Shown here: piece by piece, positions 46,108-55,002 of the stretch | Numbering within the stretch: position 1 is the stretch's first letter | Layout of the letters: each line of letters begins with the position of its first letter | IMG/VR virus record: IMGVR_UViG_3300014204_000153 | Coordinates: 1 to 64,000 of that record | Origin: a virus | Lineage: Duplodnaviria; Caudoviricetes | DNA: 64,000 bases | Strand: one strand, 5' to 3' | Notes under the pieces: model-generated | Database searches by the model: none | What the model was told of the DNA's origin: nothing | What the model saw: the letters and a program-made list of their open reading frames with translations, nothing else | Program-made: the position numbers and the translations under genes

Positions 46108-46905
46108 ATGAAGAAACCTGGAGATAAAATATTAAAATACCCTTCTGATCTGACTAAATTTTATGGTGGAGAAAAGAATATAGTCAGTTTTACAACATGT
46201 GACTACAGTCAAGCTAGAATGGGCAATAAAGATGGACAAGAATTCGTTGTAGTTAAACCTGATATGAAATCAGCAGTGTATGTAGAATTATCAGAATCTT
46301 TCTCAATCGGAGATACTCATGGTTGGGATGCTGGTACTGTATTAGATGCTAATATTATTGATTCTTTAAAAGGTGCTGGTGGTGGATTAGGACAAGCTGG
46401 ATCAAGAATGGGATGGGGAGCTACGATGGGTATCGCTAATTTTGGTTTAAATAAAATTGGCGGACAATATCTCGGTAATGATGCTTTACAGAATCAGGTT
46501 AGAGTATCACGAGGAAGTACTGAAATAAACCCCAACACTACTATGATCTATTCTAGCAGTGGAATACGAACTTTAGATTTTATGTTTGTGATGAGACCTG
46601 AGAATGAACCAGAAGCAATAGAAATAAGCAGTATTGTTGATTACTTCAAATATTATTCTAGAGGAAGTGTTCCTAAGGGAGTTGGCGGTATAAGGTTCCC
46701 GTATCTTTGGTATATACGCACTTCATCTAAAGCTATAAATTCAATCTTAGAATCTGGTGATGGAGAAGAATCTGTATTCTTCGCATGTACCAGTATTGTA
46801 CCAACTCTACACACTGATGTACTTTATCATAATGAATATCCACATAGAACTGACCTGTCTCTGTCATTCTCCGAAATGAGAGTTCGTTATAGAACAGATG
46901 AATAG
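46108..46905 (+). CDS. gp48: baseplate tail-tube cap gp48-like
   Basis: LKYP.D, NPNTTMIY.....RTLDFMFVMRPEN..EA..I..IV.YFK, FP..W. Confidence 0.75.
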   Translation: MKKPGDKILKYPSDLTKFYGGEKNIVSFTTCDYSQARMGNKDGQEFVVVKPDMKSAVYVELSESFSIGDTHGWDAGTVLDANIIDSLKGAGGGLGQAGSRMGWGATMGIANFGLNKIGGQYLGNDALQNQVRVSRGSTEINPNTTMIYSSSGIRTLDFMFVMRPENEPEAIEISSIVDYFKYYSRGSVPKGVGGIRFPYLWYIRTSSKAINSILESGDGEESVFFACTSIVPTLHTDVLYHNEYPHRTDLSLSFSEMRVRYRTDE

Positions 46906-46907
46906 AC

Positions 46908-46919
46908 CTAATAAATAGT
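46908..46919 (+). promoter_or_regulatory. late promoter variant CTAATAAATAGT
   Basis: Intergenic before portal; identical to 14928-14939. Confidence 0.55.
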
Positions 46920-46944
46920 AAAAACAAACTCGGAGAAATTAGAC

Positions 46945-48849
46945 ATGGCTATAAATTTTCCTAATTGGTTTAATACATTTAAAAGAAAAAGTCCAGCTAT
47001 AGGACCTGAGAACGTTTACAATCCAGTTGTGACTACAAGAGATTATTCTGATGTAGGTGTTGATAGTTCATTCCAAAAAGGTGATATGCTAGCCGCTACT
47101 GGACTATCATATCCCACCGTAGTTGGTTCGAATTCTGTTACAAGCATGGGTGGATTTTTTGGAGGTTACTTCTCCTTTAGTGGATGGCAAGGTTCATTTC
47201 CACTTCATGTTATGCACAGCTTGGTAAGACTTTATTTATGGATGGGTCAAGATCCAGATATAAGATATGCTATAGATGAAATAGTTAATGAAGCAGTTTC
47301 GACAGCATATAATAATGATATAGTTAAGATAGATTTAGATAGTGTAGAAATGCCAAAGTCAATTAAAGAAAGAATATCAGACGAATTTGGTGGTATTCTT
47401 GATATGATGGAATTCAAGAGGAAATCCTACTATCACTTCAGTGATTTCTATACAAACGGCAGAATATTTTATAAATTAGATGTTAGTAAGAAAAATGCTA
47501 AAGCTGGAATTAAAGGGATAAAAAACTTATCACCATTTGATGTTATAGCATATTTCGATGGTCAGAATAATGTATTCAGAGATCCAGAATCTGTAAAGAT
47601 AGATTTTAAAAGAGGATATGTTCTTACAGAAAATGCCTTTAGAAATGCTTATTATCTTGGTATGACTAATCCAGCTGTAGCAGCTGGTACTCCAAGGATG
47701 AGTAATTATTATGTTGCCGTTCCTGAAGAATTGGTAGTTTATCAGCACACTGGATTATCTGACTGGCGTTCAAATGTTCCAATATCATATCTTCATCTTG
47801 TACTAAGGACTCTTAATCAACTTAGAAACCTTAGAGATGCTATGATAATTTATAGAATGACTAGAGCTCCTGAAAGATTTGTGTTTAATGTTGAAGTTGG
47901 AAAAATGCAAGCGGCTAGAGCTCAGCAATATGTAGCAGAAGTAGCATCGAAACTTAAGCAGACTATAAGTTATGTTCCAGAAACCGGTCAGTTTAAAGAC
48001 ATGGAAGAAAAGCTTCAGATATACAAAGATTGGTATTTCCCTAAGGTAGACGGCAAAGGTACAGATGTAGACGTTCTTCAGAGCGGTAACATGCAGGGTC
48101 AGTTAGAGGAAGTCCAAGCTATTCGGAAGGACCTGTTCATGCAACTGTTCATCCCTCCGAACAGATATATTGATGATCATTCAATGATGAACTTCGGTTC
48201 CATGGGAGACATGGAGAAGTCAGAAGTAAAATTCTTCAAGTTCATATCTAGACTTCAACTACAGTATAGTTCGGTATTTTATGATATGTTAAGAATGCAA
48301 CTTAGTATGAAAAATATTATGACTGCTAAAGAATTTGATAAGATAAAAGGTTCTATAAAGTTCTCTTGGGGTTCAGAGAACGTATACAGCGAGGCTAGAA
48401 ACTTTGCTGTTATGCAAAGGAAAGCAAGTGTTCTTGGTCAGTTTGAAAATTACATTGGATCATATGGCATATCTGAAGATTGGATTACGAAGAATGTTAT
48501 GGGATTCACTGATGAGGAAATAAAAGATAATGAAAGTACAGTTTTAGATTCAATGAAGAAAAAGAACTACCGCGACAGAATTAAGAATGGCCAGATATTG
48601 TTCGATGAGAATGGTAAAGAAATAAAAGATCCGTATGGAACAGGTGGTGGTGGAATGGATGCTAGTGGTGGTGGAGAAGCGCCCGCAGATGGTGAAGAAG
48701 TTCCACCTGAAGAAGGTGGTGGAGAACAACCAGAAGGTGAAGCTGGAAATGCAGAAACGTCTGGAGAAGATAAAGAGAAGACTGAAAGCGTATTAATAGT
48801 TAAATCTAGATTTAAGGATCTTCTGTTAGAGAGGTTAAAAGATAAATGA
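46945..48849 (+). CDS. gp20: portal vertex protein
   Basis: AIDEIVNEA, FY.NGR.FY, SYLH...R.LNQLR.L.DA..IYR.TRAPER..FNVEVG.M...RA.QY, GT.V..L.G, SEVKFFKFI.RL. Confidence 0.95.
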   Translation: MAINFPNWFNTFKRKSPAIGPENVYNPVVTTRDYSDVGVDSSFQKGDMLAATGLSYPTVVGSNSVTSMGGFFGGYFSFSGWQGSFPLHVMHSLVRLYLWMGQDPDIRYAIDEIVNEAVSTAYNNDIVKIDLDSVEMPKSIKERISDEFGGILDMMEFKRKSYYHFSDFYTNGRIFYKLDVSKKNAKAGIKGIKNLSPFDVIAYFDGQNNVFRDPESVKIDFKRGYVLTENAFRNAYYLGMTNPAVAAGTPRMSNYYVAVPEELVVYQHTGLSDWRSNVPISYLHLVLRTLNQLRNLRDAMIIYRMTRAPERFVFNVEVGKMQAARAQQYVAEVASKLKQTISYVPETGQFKDMEEKLQIYKDWYFPKVDGKGTDVDVLQSGNMQGQLEEVQAIRKDLFMQLFIPPNRYIDDHSMMNFGSMGDMEKSEVKFFKFISRLQLQYSSVFYDMLRMQLSMKNIMTAKEFDKIKGSIKFSWGSENVYSEARNFAVMQRKASVLGQFENYIGSYGISEDWITKNVMGFTDEEIKDNESTVLDSMKKKNYRDRIKNGQILFDENGKEIKDPYGTGGGGMDASGGGEAPADGEEVPPEEGGGEQPEGEAGNAETSGEDKEKTESVLIVKSRFKDLLLERLKDK

Positions 48850-49742
48850 AATTTTATCAAATAACAGAATCTATTATATCAGATAAGAAAAATCTTTATG
48901 ATAAATCTCCATCTGATATAGCTAAATTCTTTGTAGAATCTAGTGGAAGAAAGTTAGATGTAGCTAAGTCTAGATTAACTTTCTGGAGAAATAGACTTAG
49001 AACAAGAGATAAAAATCCAGAAATAGAAAAGAAGTACAGAGATGCTTTAAATATTATAAATCGAATGGCTGGAAGAAGTTTAAGAAGTAAAGGACATACT
49101 GATAATGATTTAATAAGAAAAACAACAGATGATAGAAAATATCTTATGGCTATTTCAGAGCTTAAAAAAGAAGCAAAGAGATCTGGAAAATATGTATCAG
49201 ATAAAGAAGCAGGAAATATAATATCAGCAGTGTGTGAATTTACAAGAACTGACTATGCTGATATAAGAAAATATCAAATAGCTGATAATCCAGAAAATTA
49301 TAACGATACTTTTAAAAAATACTCAGAACAAATTGAAAAATATATTTCTTTAATGCCAAAGTATAAAGATGGAACTGTTTATAGAGGTATACAAGTAGGA
49401 AGTTTTGGTGAACCAAAAGATATAAAAAAATTTGCATTTTTGAAACCAGGTGATGAAATAGATATGCGTGGAACATCATCTTGGAGTAGTAAAGAAGATG
49501 AATCACATGTTAAGAGAAGAAATATTAAGTTTGTTTTAGAAAAGCCTTTAACTGGAGTATCTGTTAATTTAGTTTCTGAGTTTCCAGCTGAAGATGAAGT
49601 TACTTTTTCTAAAGATTCTAGATTTTATGTAAAAAAAGTTAAGCTCAAAAAAGATCCGGAGCTGTCTGGAGATTATGATGAAAATTCAGATAATTATTAT
49701 TCTTTTATGCATGTTTACATATATGTAGAGGAAAAGGAATAA
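48846..49742 (+). CDS. ADP-ribosyltransferase (R-S-E clade) with putative capsid-targeting N-terminus
   Basis: VYRG, TSSWSS, EDEV; N-terminal MKFYQITE and shared helical module. Confidence 0.8.
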   Translation: MKFYQITESIISDKKNLYDKSPSDIAKFFVESSGRKLDVAKSRLTFWRNRLRTRDKNPEIEKKYRDALNIINRMAGRSLRSKGHTDNDLIRKTTDDRKYLMAISELKKEAKRSGKYVSDKEAGNIISAVCEFTRTDYADIRKYQIADNPENYNDTFKKYSEQIEKYISLMPKYKDGTVYRGIQVGSFGEPKDIKKFAFLKPGDEIDMRGTSSWSSKEDESHVKRRNIKFVLEKPLTGVSVNLVSEFPAEDEVTFSKDSRFYVKKVKLKKDPELSGDYDENSDNYYSFMHVYIYVEEKE

Positions 49743-49748
49743 TTTAAT

Positions 49749-50678
49749 ATGAAATTTTATTTTATATCTGAATCTATAATATCAGACAAGAAAAAGCTAT
49801 TAGATAAAAATCCAATAGAAATAGCTAATTATTTCATATCTTCAAGTAATAATAATATCCAAGCTGCTTTAAATAGAGCAGTCTTTTGGAGTAATAGAAT
49901 AACTTCAGATAGAAAGAATAGTTTTCAAGATAAAGAAAAAGTAAGAAAAGTAGTAGATATAATAAAATCTATGATAGGAAAAGTAAGTATTACTGGTCAT
50001 CATAAAGATGTTTTTGATCAAAATAAAGAAATTCATTTTTTTAAAAATAATGATCAACATGATGAAAAAGATAGATTAAAACATGCAAGAAAATTAATCA
50101 TTTCTGATGCAAAGAAAAATGGTTATAAAATAAATGAAGATCATGCATATGATATGATAAAGTCTGTGTATGATTTTACTGATTCAGATTATGAAGTTAT
50201 GAGAAAAATTCAAAGTGATCCAAATTTTAAATATAATGAAGATGAAAAAGATAAATTAAAATTAAAAAGTAAATATATAGAACAATTTATAAAAATGTCT
50301 CAAAAATTTTCTGGAAATACAATATATAGAGGTTTAGAATTTGAATTATATAAAAGTTTAAAAGAAACATATGAAAAAAATATGAAAATAGTTAAAGGTT
50401 TTTCTGAATTAAAAGAAGGTGAAGAAGTAAATATGTTAGGTACTTCTTCTTGGACTAGTAATAAAAATGAACGTCATGTAAAAGAAAGTAATATTATTTT
50501 TATATGTAATAAACCAAAAAACGGAGTACCAGTTAATCATGTTTCTAGATATCCAAAAGAAGATGAAGTTATGTATTCAAAAGATGCAAGATTTATAGTT
50601 AAAAAAGTTGAAGTTAAAAAGAATAAAGAAGGTGATATAACAAAGATAAAAATCGAAGTTGAAGAAAATAACATTTAA
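49749..50678 (+). CDS. ADP-ribosyltransferase, tandem paralog
   Basis: IYRG, TSSWTS, EDEV; MKFYFISE N-terminus; very AT-rich. Confidence 0.8.
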   Translation: MKFYFISESIISDKKKLLDKNPIEIANYFISSSNNNIQAALNRAVFWSNRITSDRKNSFQDKEKVRKVVDIIKSMIGKVSITGHHKDVFDQNKEIHFFKNNDQHDEKDRLKHARKLIISDAKKNGYKINEDHAYDMIKSVYDFTDSDYEVMRKIQSDPNFKYNEDEKDKLKLKSKYIEQFIKMSQKFSGNTIYRGLEFELYKSLKETYEKNMKIVKGFSELKEGEEVNMLGTSSWTSNKNERHVKESNIIFICNKPKNGVPVNHVSRYPKEDEVMYSKDARFIVKKVEVKKNKEGDITKIKIEVEENNI

Positions 50679-50692
50679 TATATGAGGGTATT

Positions 50693-50974
50693 ATGAATTA
50701 CTCTGAAAGAGAAAAGTCAAGAGCTAAATCTGATAGAAATATAAAAGTTACTTCTCCAGACGGTAAAGTTATCATAGATACTTCATCATTATCGAATAAA
50801 AAGACTAAGTTTAGCGATATACTAAATTTAAAATTGAAAATAGAACGCAATCCTAGTGATGGATCAAAAAAGTATTGGATAACTGGACCAAAAATATTTT
50901 TTGAATTTCCAGATGGTACTACTGAAGATGAAGCAAGAGAAAAGTTGAAAGAAATGAAGAAAGGGAAGAAATGA
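50693..50974 (+). CDS. hypothetical basic protein
   Basis: GAGG RBS; ATGA coupling to next gene. Confidence 0.6.
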   Translation: MNYSEREKSRAKSDRNIKVTSPDGKVIIDTSSLSNKKTKFSDILNLKLKIERNPSDGSKKYWITGPKIFFEFPDGTTEDEAREKLKEMKKGKK

Positions 50975-51357
50975 AATTTAGAGATATCATAGAAGATGAA
51001 GGTGGAGAAGCTTCTCCAGCTGTTAGTACTATTACTACTGATGATATAGCTCAGTTTGGAGATAGAATTGGAGCAAAGAAGAAAAAGAAGCCTCCCATCG
51101 CTAAGAAACCTCTTGTCAACTGGAGAAAGAACCATGTAGAAGTAGAATCGCTAGTCGCGGAAAGAGATTACAGCGAATTCGACGATCTAAAGTCTGCTTA
51201 TCCAGCTAAAGATTCTTACTCTATTTTTACTGAAACAGATCCAGCGACGAAAGTAAAAAGATACATCATAGAGAAAAACAACAAAATAGTCTTTGGTCCG
51301 ACCACTGACGAGAAAGCTGCTAGGTCTAAGCTAAACGATCTTAGAACAAAAAAATAG
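50971..51357 (+). CDS. putative internal head protein
   Basis: MKFRDIIEDEGGEA start; K-rich patch. Confidence 0.6.
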   Translation: MKFRDIIEDEGGEASPAVSTITTDDIAQFGDRIGAKKKKKPPIAKKPLVNWRKNHVEVESLVAERDYSEFDDLKSAYPAKDSYSIFTETDPATKVKRYIIEKNNKIVFGPTTDEKAARSKLNDLRTKK

Positions 51358-51403
51358 GATATAATGGAGTAACTAAACATTATTACTTAAAGGAATTATT
51401 AAA

Positions 51404-51676
51404 ATGAAATTTAAAAATATTCTTTTAGAAACATCTAAAATTAATGATTCAGAGAAGATTATAACTAAAGAAAGACTTAATAGTGGAAATTCTAATGGAT
51501 TAGTTAGAGAACTGATAAATAAGGCTGAGAACGACGGCTCAAAAAATCCATATGCTTCTGCTCTTAGAGCTATTAATGATTATGTCTTGAGAAATAAAGA
51601 AAAACTTTCTCCAGAAGAAATGAATGTTCTAATTAGAGCTAGAAGATCATTGAGAGCAACAATAGGAAATTATTGA
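51404..51676 (+). CDS. putative internal head protein, DUF3175-like helical domain
   Basis: MKFKNILLE start; PYASALRAINDYVLR...L.RAR..LR resembles the DUF3175 consensus as recalled. Confidence 0.5.
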   Translation: MKFKNILLETSKINDSEKIITKERLNSGNSNGLVRELINKAENDGSKNPYASALRAINDYVLRNKEKLSPEEMNVLIRARRSLRATIGNY

Positions 51677-51713
51677 TTCTAAGGATAAGTATAAAGAAAA
51701 GAAAAGAGAAGCA

Positions 51714-51738
51714 ATGAGAAAACCTCCACTGAACCAAA
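51714..51738 (+). repeat. 25-bp duplicate of the gp4 gene start (second copy 51981-52005)
   Basis: ATGAGAAAACCTCCACTGAACCAAA exact at both sites. Confidence 0.9.
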
Positions 51739-51768
51739 ATTATAAAAATATAAAATAGGAGATCTAAT

Positions 51769-51984
51769 ATGAAGTTCGTACAGATGATGGAAGATGATAA
51801 TAGCAGATTCAAAGAACTTACTGACAAAATAGCAGAGCTTAAAGGAGAAATGAATAGTAATCGTGGATCTGGGGCTGGGGCTGGAGAGCAACATAACCTA
51901 ATTAAAAGTGATTACATCTATTATAAGAATGAATTAAAAAACCTTAAAGAAAAAATGAAATTGAAAGCAAAGACTACTAAATGA
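51769..51984 (+). CDS. putative internal head protein (coiled coil)
   Basis: AGGAG RBS; MKFVQMMED start; sits between the 25-bp duplicates. Confidence 0.6.
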   Translation: MKFVQMMEDDNSRFKELTDKIAELKGEMNSNRGSGAGAGEQHNLIKSDYIYYKNELKNLKEKMKLKAKTTK

Positions 51985-52439
51985 GAAAACCTCCACTGAA
52001 CCAAAGAGGTAGAAGAAATGTAAAAAGAGGTGTATATATACTCATACACCCAGAGAAATACATTGGAGATTGTAACAATGTAATTTATCGTTCAGGATTA
52101 GAACTTGCATGTTTTAAATTTCTTGATGCTAATTCAAATGTTAAAAGATGGGGAAGCGAAATTGTTCAGATTCCATATTTAGATGCAAGTACTGGAAAGA
52201 AAAGAACTTACTTTGTCGATTTATATTTTGAATCAATAACTTTAAATGGTTCAACAGATAAAGTCTTGGTAGAAGTAAAACCGTCTAATCAGACAATTCC
52301 ACCAAGATCAGATATGAAGAATTACAGAGCAGCTGCAGCTGAGTATGCTAAGAACATCAGCAAGTGGACAAGAGCTAGAGAATGGGCTTCTCAGAACGGT
52401 GCAAGATTTGAGATTATAACCGAGAAGGAAATACATTAA
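51981..52439 (+). CDS. gp4: head completion nuclease gp4-like
   Basis: P.KY.GD...VIYRSGLE..CF.FLD.N..V..WGSE...IPY......R.YFVD......LVEVKP..Q. Confidence 0.9.
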   Translation: MRKPPLNQRGRRNVKRGVYILIHPEKYIGDCNNVIYRSGLELACFKFLDANSNVKRWGSEIVQIPYLDASTGKKRTYFVDLYFESITLNGSTDKVLVEVKPSNQTIPPRSDMKNYRAAAAEYAKNISKWTRAREWASQNGARFEIITEKEIH

Positions 52440-52948
52440 TGAAATTCTCAGCAATCCTTGAAGAATCTATGTCTTTAGAATCTTATAGAAAATTCTCTAA
52501 AAAATTCTTTGATAAACTTCCAGAAGATATTAGAATATCTATAAGTCATTATTCTGGAATGGGTTCTAGAGCTGTTAATATGTTTCTTACTTCTGGAAAT
52601 GCTGGTAGTGGATGGCCAAAAGATTTATTAAAAAAGATAATAAAAGACATAGAATCAATTTCTCAAAATAATGCACTTAAGAATAGTATAGTTGTTTTTA
52701 AAGGAGTAAAATACAAACCGAAGGTTGGAGAAAGTTTAAAGACTCCTGGTTTTATCAGTACATCTGTAAGTAAAGAGATAGCTGAATCTTTTGCTGGATC
52801 AGATGGAACAGTTATAATGATAAATCTTCCAATTGGTACAAAAGCATTCCCAATTCCAAATTCAGAATTCGAAATGCTTCTATCAAAGCAATATCAAATA
52901 AAAATAATTAAATATGATAAAAATATAGCAATTGGAGAATTAAAGTGA
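52439..52948 (+). CDS. VIP2-like ADP-ribosyltransferase
   Basis: Y.G.....VN..L, VFKG (R replaced by K), GFISTS, EFE; MKFSAILEE start. Confidence 0.75.
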   Translation: MKFSAILEESMSLESYRKFSKKFFDKLPEDIRISISHYSGMGSRAVNMFLTSGNAGSGWPKDLLKKIIKDIESISQNNALKNSIVVFKGVKYKPKVGESLKTPGFISTSVSKEIAESFAGSDGTVIMINLPIGTKAFPIPNSEFEMLLSKQYQIKIIKYDKNIAIGELK

Positions 52949-53619
52949 AATTCTCAACAGTACTTAAATCTAATGAAAAGCCTCTTTATTCTGAGACACC
53001 AGATAAAATAGTTAATCATTTTTTAAAATCTTCTAAAAATGATAAAGATATTGCTTTAAAAAAATTCATATTTTGGTCTAATGGTCTTAAAAAGAAACTT
53101 AACTATCAAAATAATAAAATATATGTATATAATGTAGAGACTGCTAAAAAGATATTATCTAAAAAAGATGAAGAGCATGAAAATTCTAAAATAGATTCTA
53201 TGATAAATAATTTTAATTTTTCTGAACGAACTAAAAATAGTGTAAAATTAGCATTGGAAACTGGATTTAATTCTTTCTCAAAAACAAAGCTTAGTGATGA
53301 AGAACAGTCATTTATAGATTCGCATGTTTCTGGAGATCCTAAAACAGAAAAAATAAAACCAAAATTACTTAATAATGTTAAACATCCAGTTTCTGTATAT
53401 AGAGCATATAATGATTCTGATATAAAAAAAGATACATTCATTTCTTTTACTTTAAGAAAAGACTGGGCAGAAAATACAGCAAATGATAATGATCTTAAAG
53501 TAATGAAGTTAAATCTTATAGTCGGAGATAAAGTTTTATTTGTTCCATTCTATAATAACAAACATATAGTAGAAGTAGAAGTACTTATTCCAAGTAACTT
53601 AGTTAAAGAAAGAAATTAA
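52945..53619 (+). CDS. ADP-ribosyltransferase-like domain on shared helical N-module
   Basis: VYRA, FISFT...WA, EVEVLI. Confidence 0.65.
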   Translation: MKFSTVLKSNEKPLYSETPDKIVNHFLKSSKNDKDIALKKFIFWSNGLKKKLNYQNNKIYVYNVETAKKILSKKDEEHENSKIDSMINNFNFSERTKNSVKLALETGFNSFSKTKLSDEEQSFIDSHVSGDPKTEKIKPKLLNNVKHPVSVYRAYNDSDIKKDTFISFTLRKDWAENTANDNDLKVMKLNLIVGDKVLFVPFYNNKHIVEVEVLIPSNLVKERN

Positions 53620-53645
53620 TAAAATATAGCAATTGGGGAATTAAA

Positions 53646-54344
53646 ATGAATAAATTCTCAGCAGTACTTAAATCTAATGAAAAGCTCCTTTATTCTGAGA
53701 CACCGGATAAAATAGCTAATCATTTTCTAAAATCTTCCGAAAATGATAAAACTGCTGCTTTAAAGAAATTTATATTTTGGTCTAATGGTCTTAAAAAATT
53801 AAACATTACAAAATATGATTTTAATATAGAAACAGCAAAAAAAATATTATCATCTAATAATAATGATAAACCGTGGAATGAAATACAAAAATATAATGGG
53901 ATGGATGTAGATAAAGAAATGAATCAAAATATAATGGATAGACTTAATTCTAAAACTCATATAATTAGTGTTTGTAGTGGACATCCTAAAGATTCTAAAT
54001 TAGCAATTGATGCAGGTGCATCAGAATATCCTCATTTTATATTTAGTGTTTATAATCCAAGGGATTTTGAAAAAACAGTAGAATATATTAAATCTAAATT
54101 AAAATCAAAAGATACAAAAATTAATGCTCATGCATGGGGAGGACCATATGGAAATTGGGTTGTTTGGAATGATAAAGAAGGTTGGAGAAATCATAAATTT
54201 CCAGAAGATCCTCAAAAATATAAAATAGACCATATTTCAATTACTGTTGAATCAACTATAGCACATAATGGAAAAAATCAAAAAATGTTAAATAATTGGT
54301 GGGAATTAATTACAAATAAACTAGAAGAATTGGATAACATATGA
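53646..54344 (+). CDS. shared helical N-module fused to unrelated C-domain (SxCSGH motif)
   Basis: First about 170 nt near-identical to 52945 gene; C-terminal D.E....I...LN.....ISVCSGHP. Confidence 0.65.
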   Translation: MNKFSAVLKSNEKLLYSETPDKIANHFLKSSENDKTAALKKFIFWSNGLKKLNITKYDFNIETAKKILSSNNNDKPWNEIQKYNGMDVDKEMNQNIMDRLNSKTHIISVCSGHPKDSKLAIDAGASEYPHFIFSVYNPRDFEKTVEYIKSKLKSKDTKINAHAWGGPYGNWVVWNDKEGWRNHKFPEDPQKYKIDHISITVESTIAHNGKNQKMLNNWWELITNKLEELDNI

Positions 54345-54766
54345 CATCAAAATTTTCAGCAATATTAGAAGATTTCGAAGCCAATGAAGATGGAGCTAAA
54401 AAGAAACTTGAGGCTCTTGAAAGATTATTGGTAAGAGTTGGAGCTAAACCAGGTGCTCAAAGAGTTCAGGCTCTAAATAATGAAAAGACAGAATTTAAGA
54501 CTCTGCTTTTCTTTAGAATGAATAATTCTAAAGGTGAACCTGTTGAACTAATGGCTGGTCATATAGATGGACAAAATAGAGCAAATAATTATTCTGTTCA
54601 TAGAAAAGATGGAACAACAAGAGCAGACAAGAACACATATATCGATGTCGTAAGAGATTCTCCAAAAGATGTTAAAGAAAAACTTCAAGAATTAGTTAAT
54701 AAGATGGCAAATATAAATGCTGGATTCAGAGAGAAACTTAATTCTCGTGGATGGAATAAAGAGTGA
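54341..54766 (+). CDS. putative internal head protein
   Basis: MTSKFSAILED start. Confidence 0.6.
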   Translation: MTSKFSAILEDFEANEDGAKKKLEALERLLVRVGAKPGAQRVQALNNEKTEFKTLLFFRMNNSKGEPVELMAGHIDGQNRANNYSVHRKDGTTRADKNTYIDVVRDSPKDVKEKLQELVNKMANINAGFREKLNSRGWNKE

Positions 54767-55002
54767 AATTTAAAGATACGATAAAAGGAATTAGAGATAT
54801 ACCACTTAAAAATGGTGGTTCTAGACTTGTACCAAGAAAAAATGGTAAATTTTCTGTAGCTAATGCTGGATGTAAAATATGCAATAGTTGCGGACAAATA
54901 ATATGCAAAGATACAAAGAATGTTGGTTCAGAACAATTTCCTTTCTTAAAAGAAACTTGGCCAGATAAATGTCCGTCTTGTGGAAATAAGGAATTTAAAT
55001 GA
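54763..55002 (+). CDS. zinc-ribbon protein
   Basis: CNSC ... CPSC; MKF start. Confidence 0.6.
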   Translation: MKFKDTIKGIRDIPLKNGGSRLVPRKNGKFSVANAGCKICNSCGQIICKDTKNVGSEQFPFLKETWPDKCPSCGNKEFK

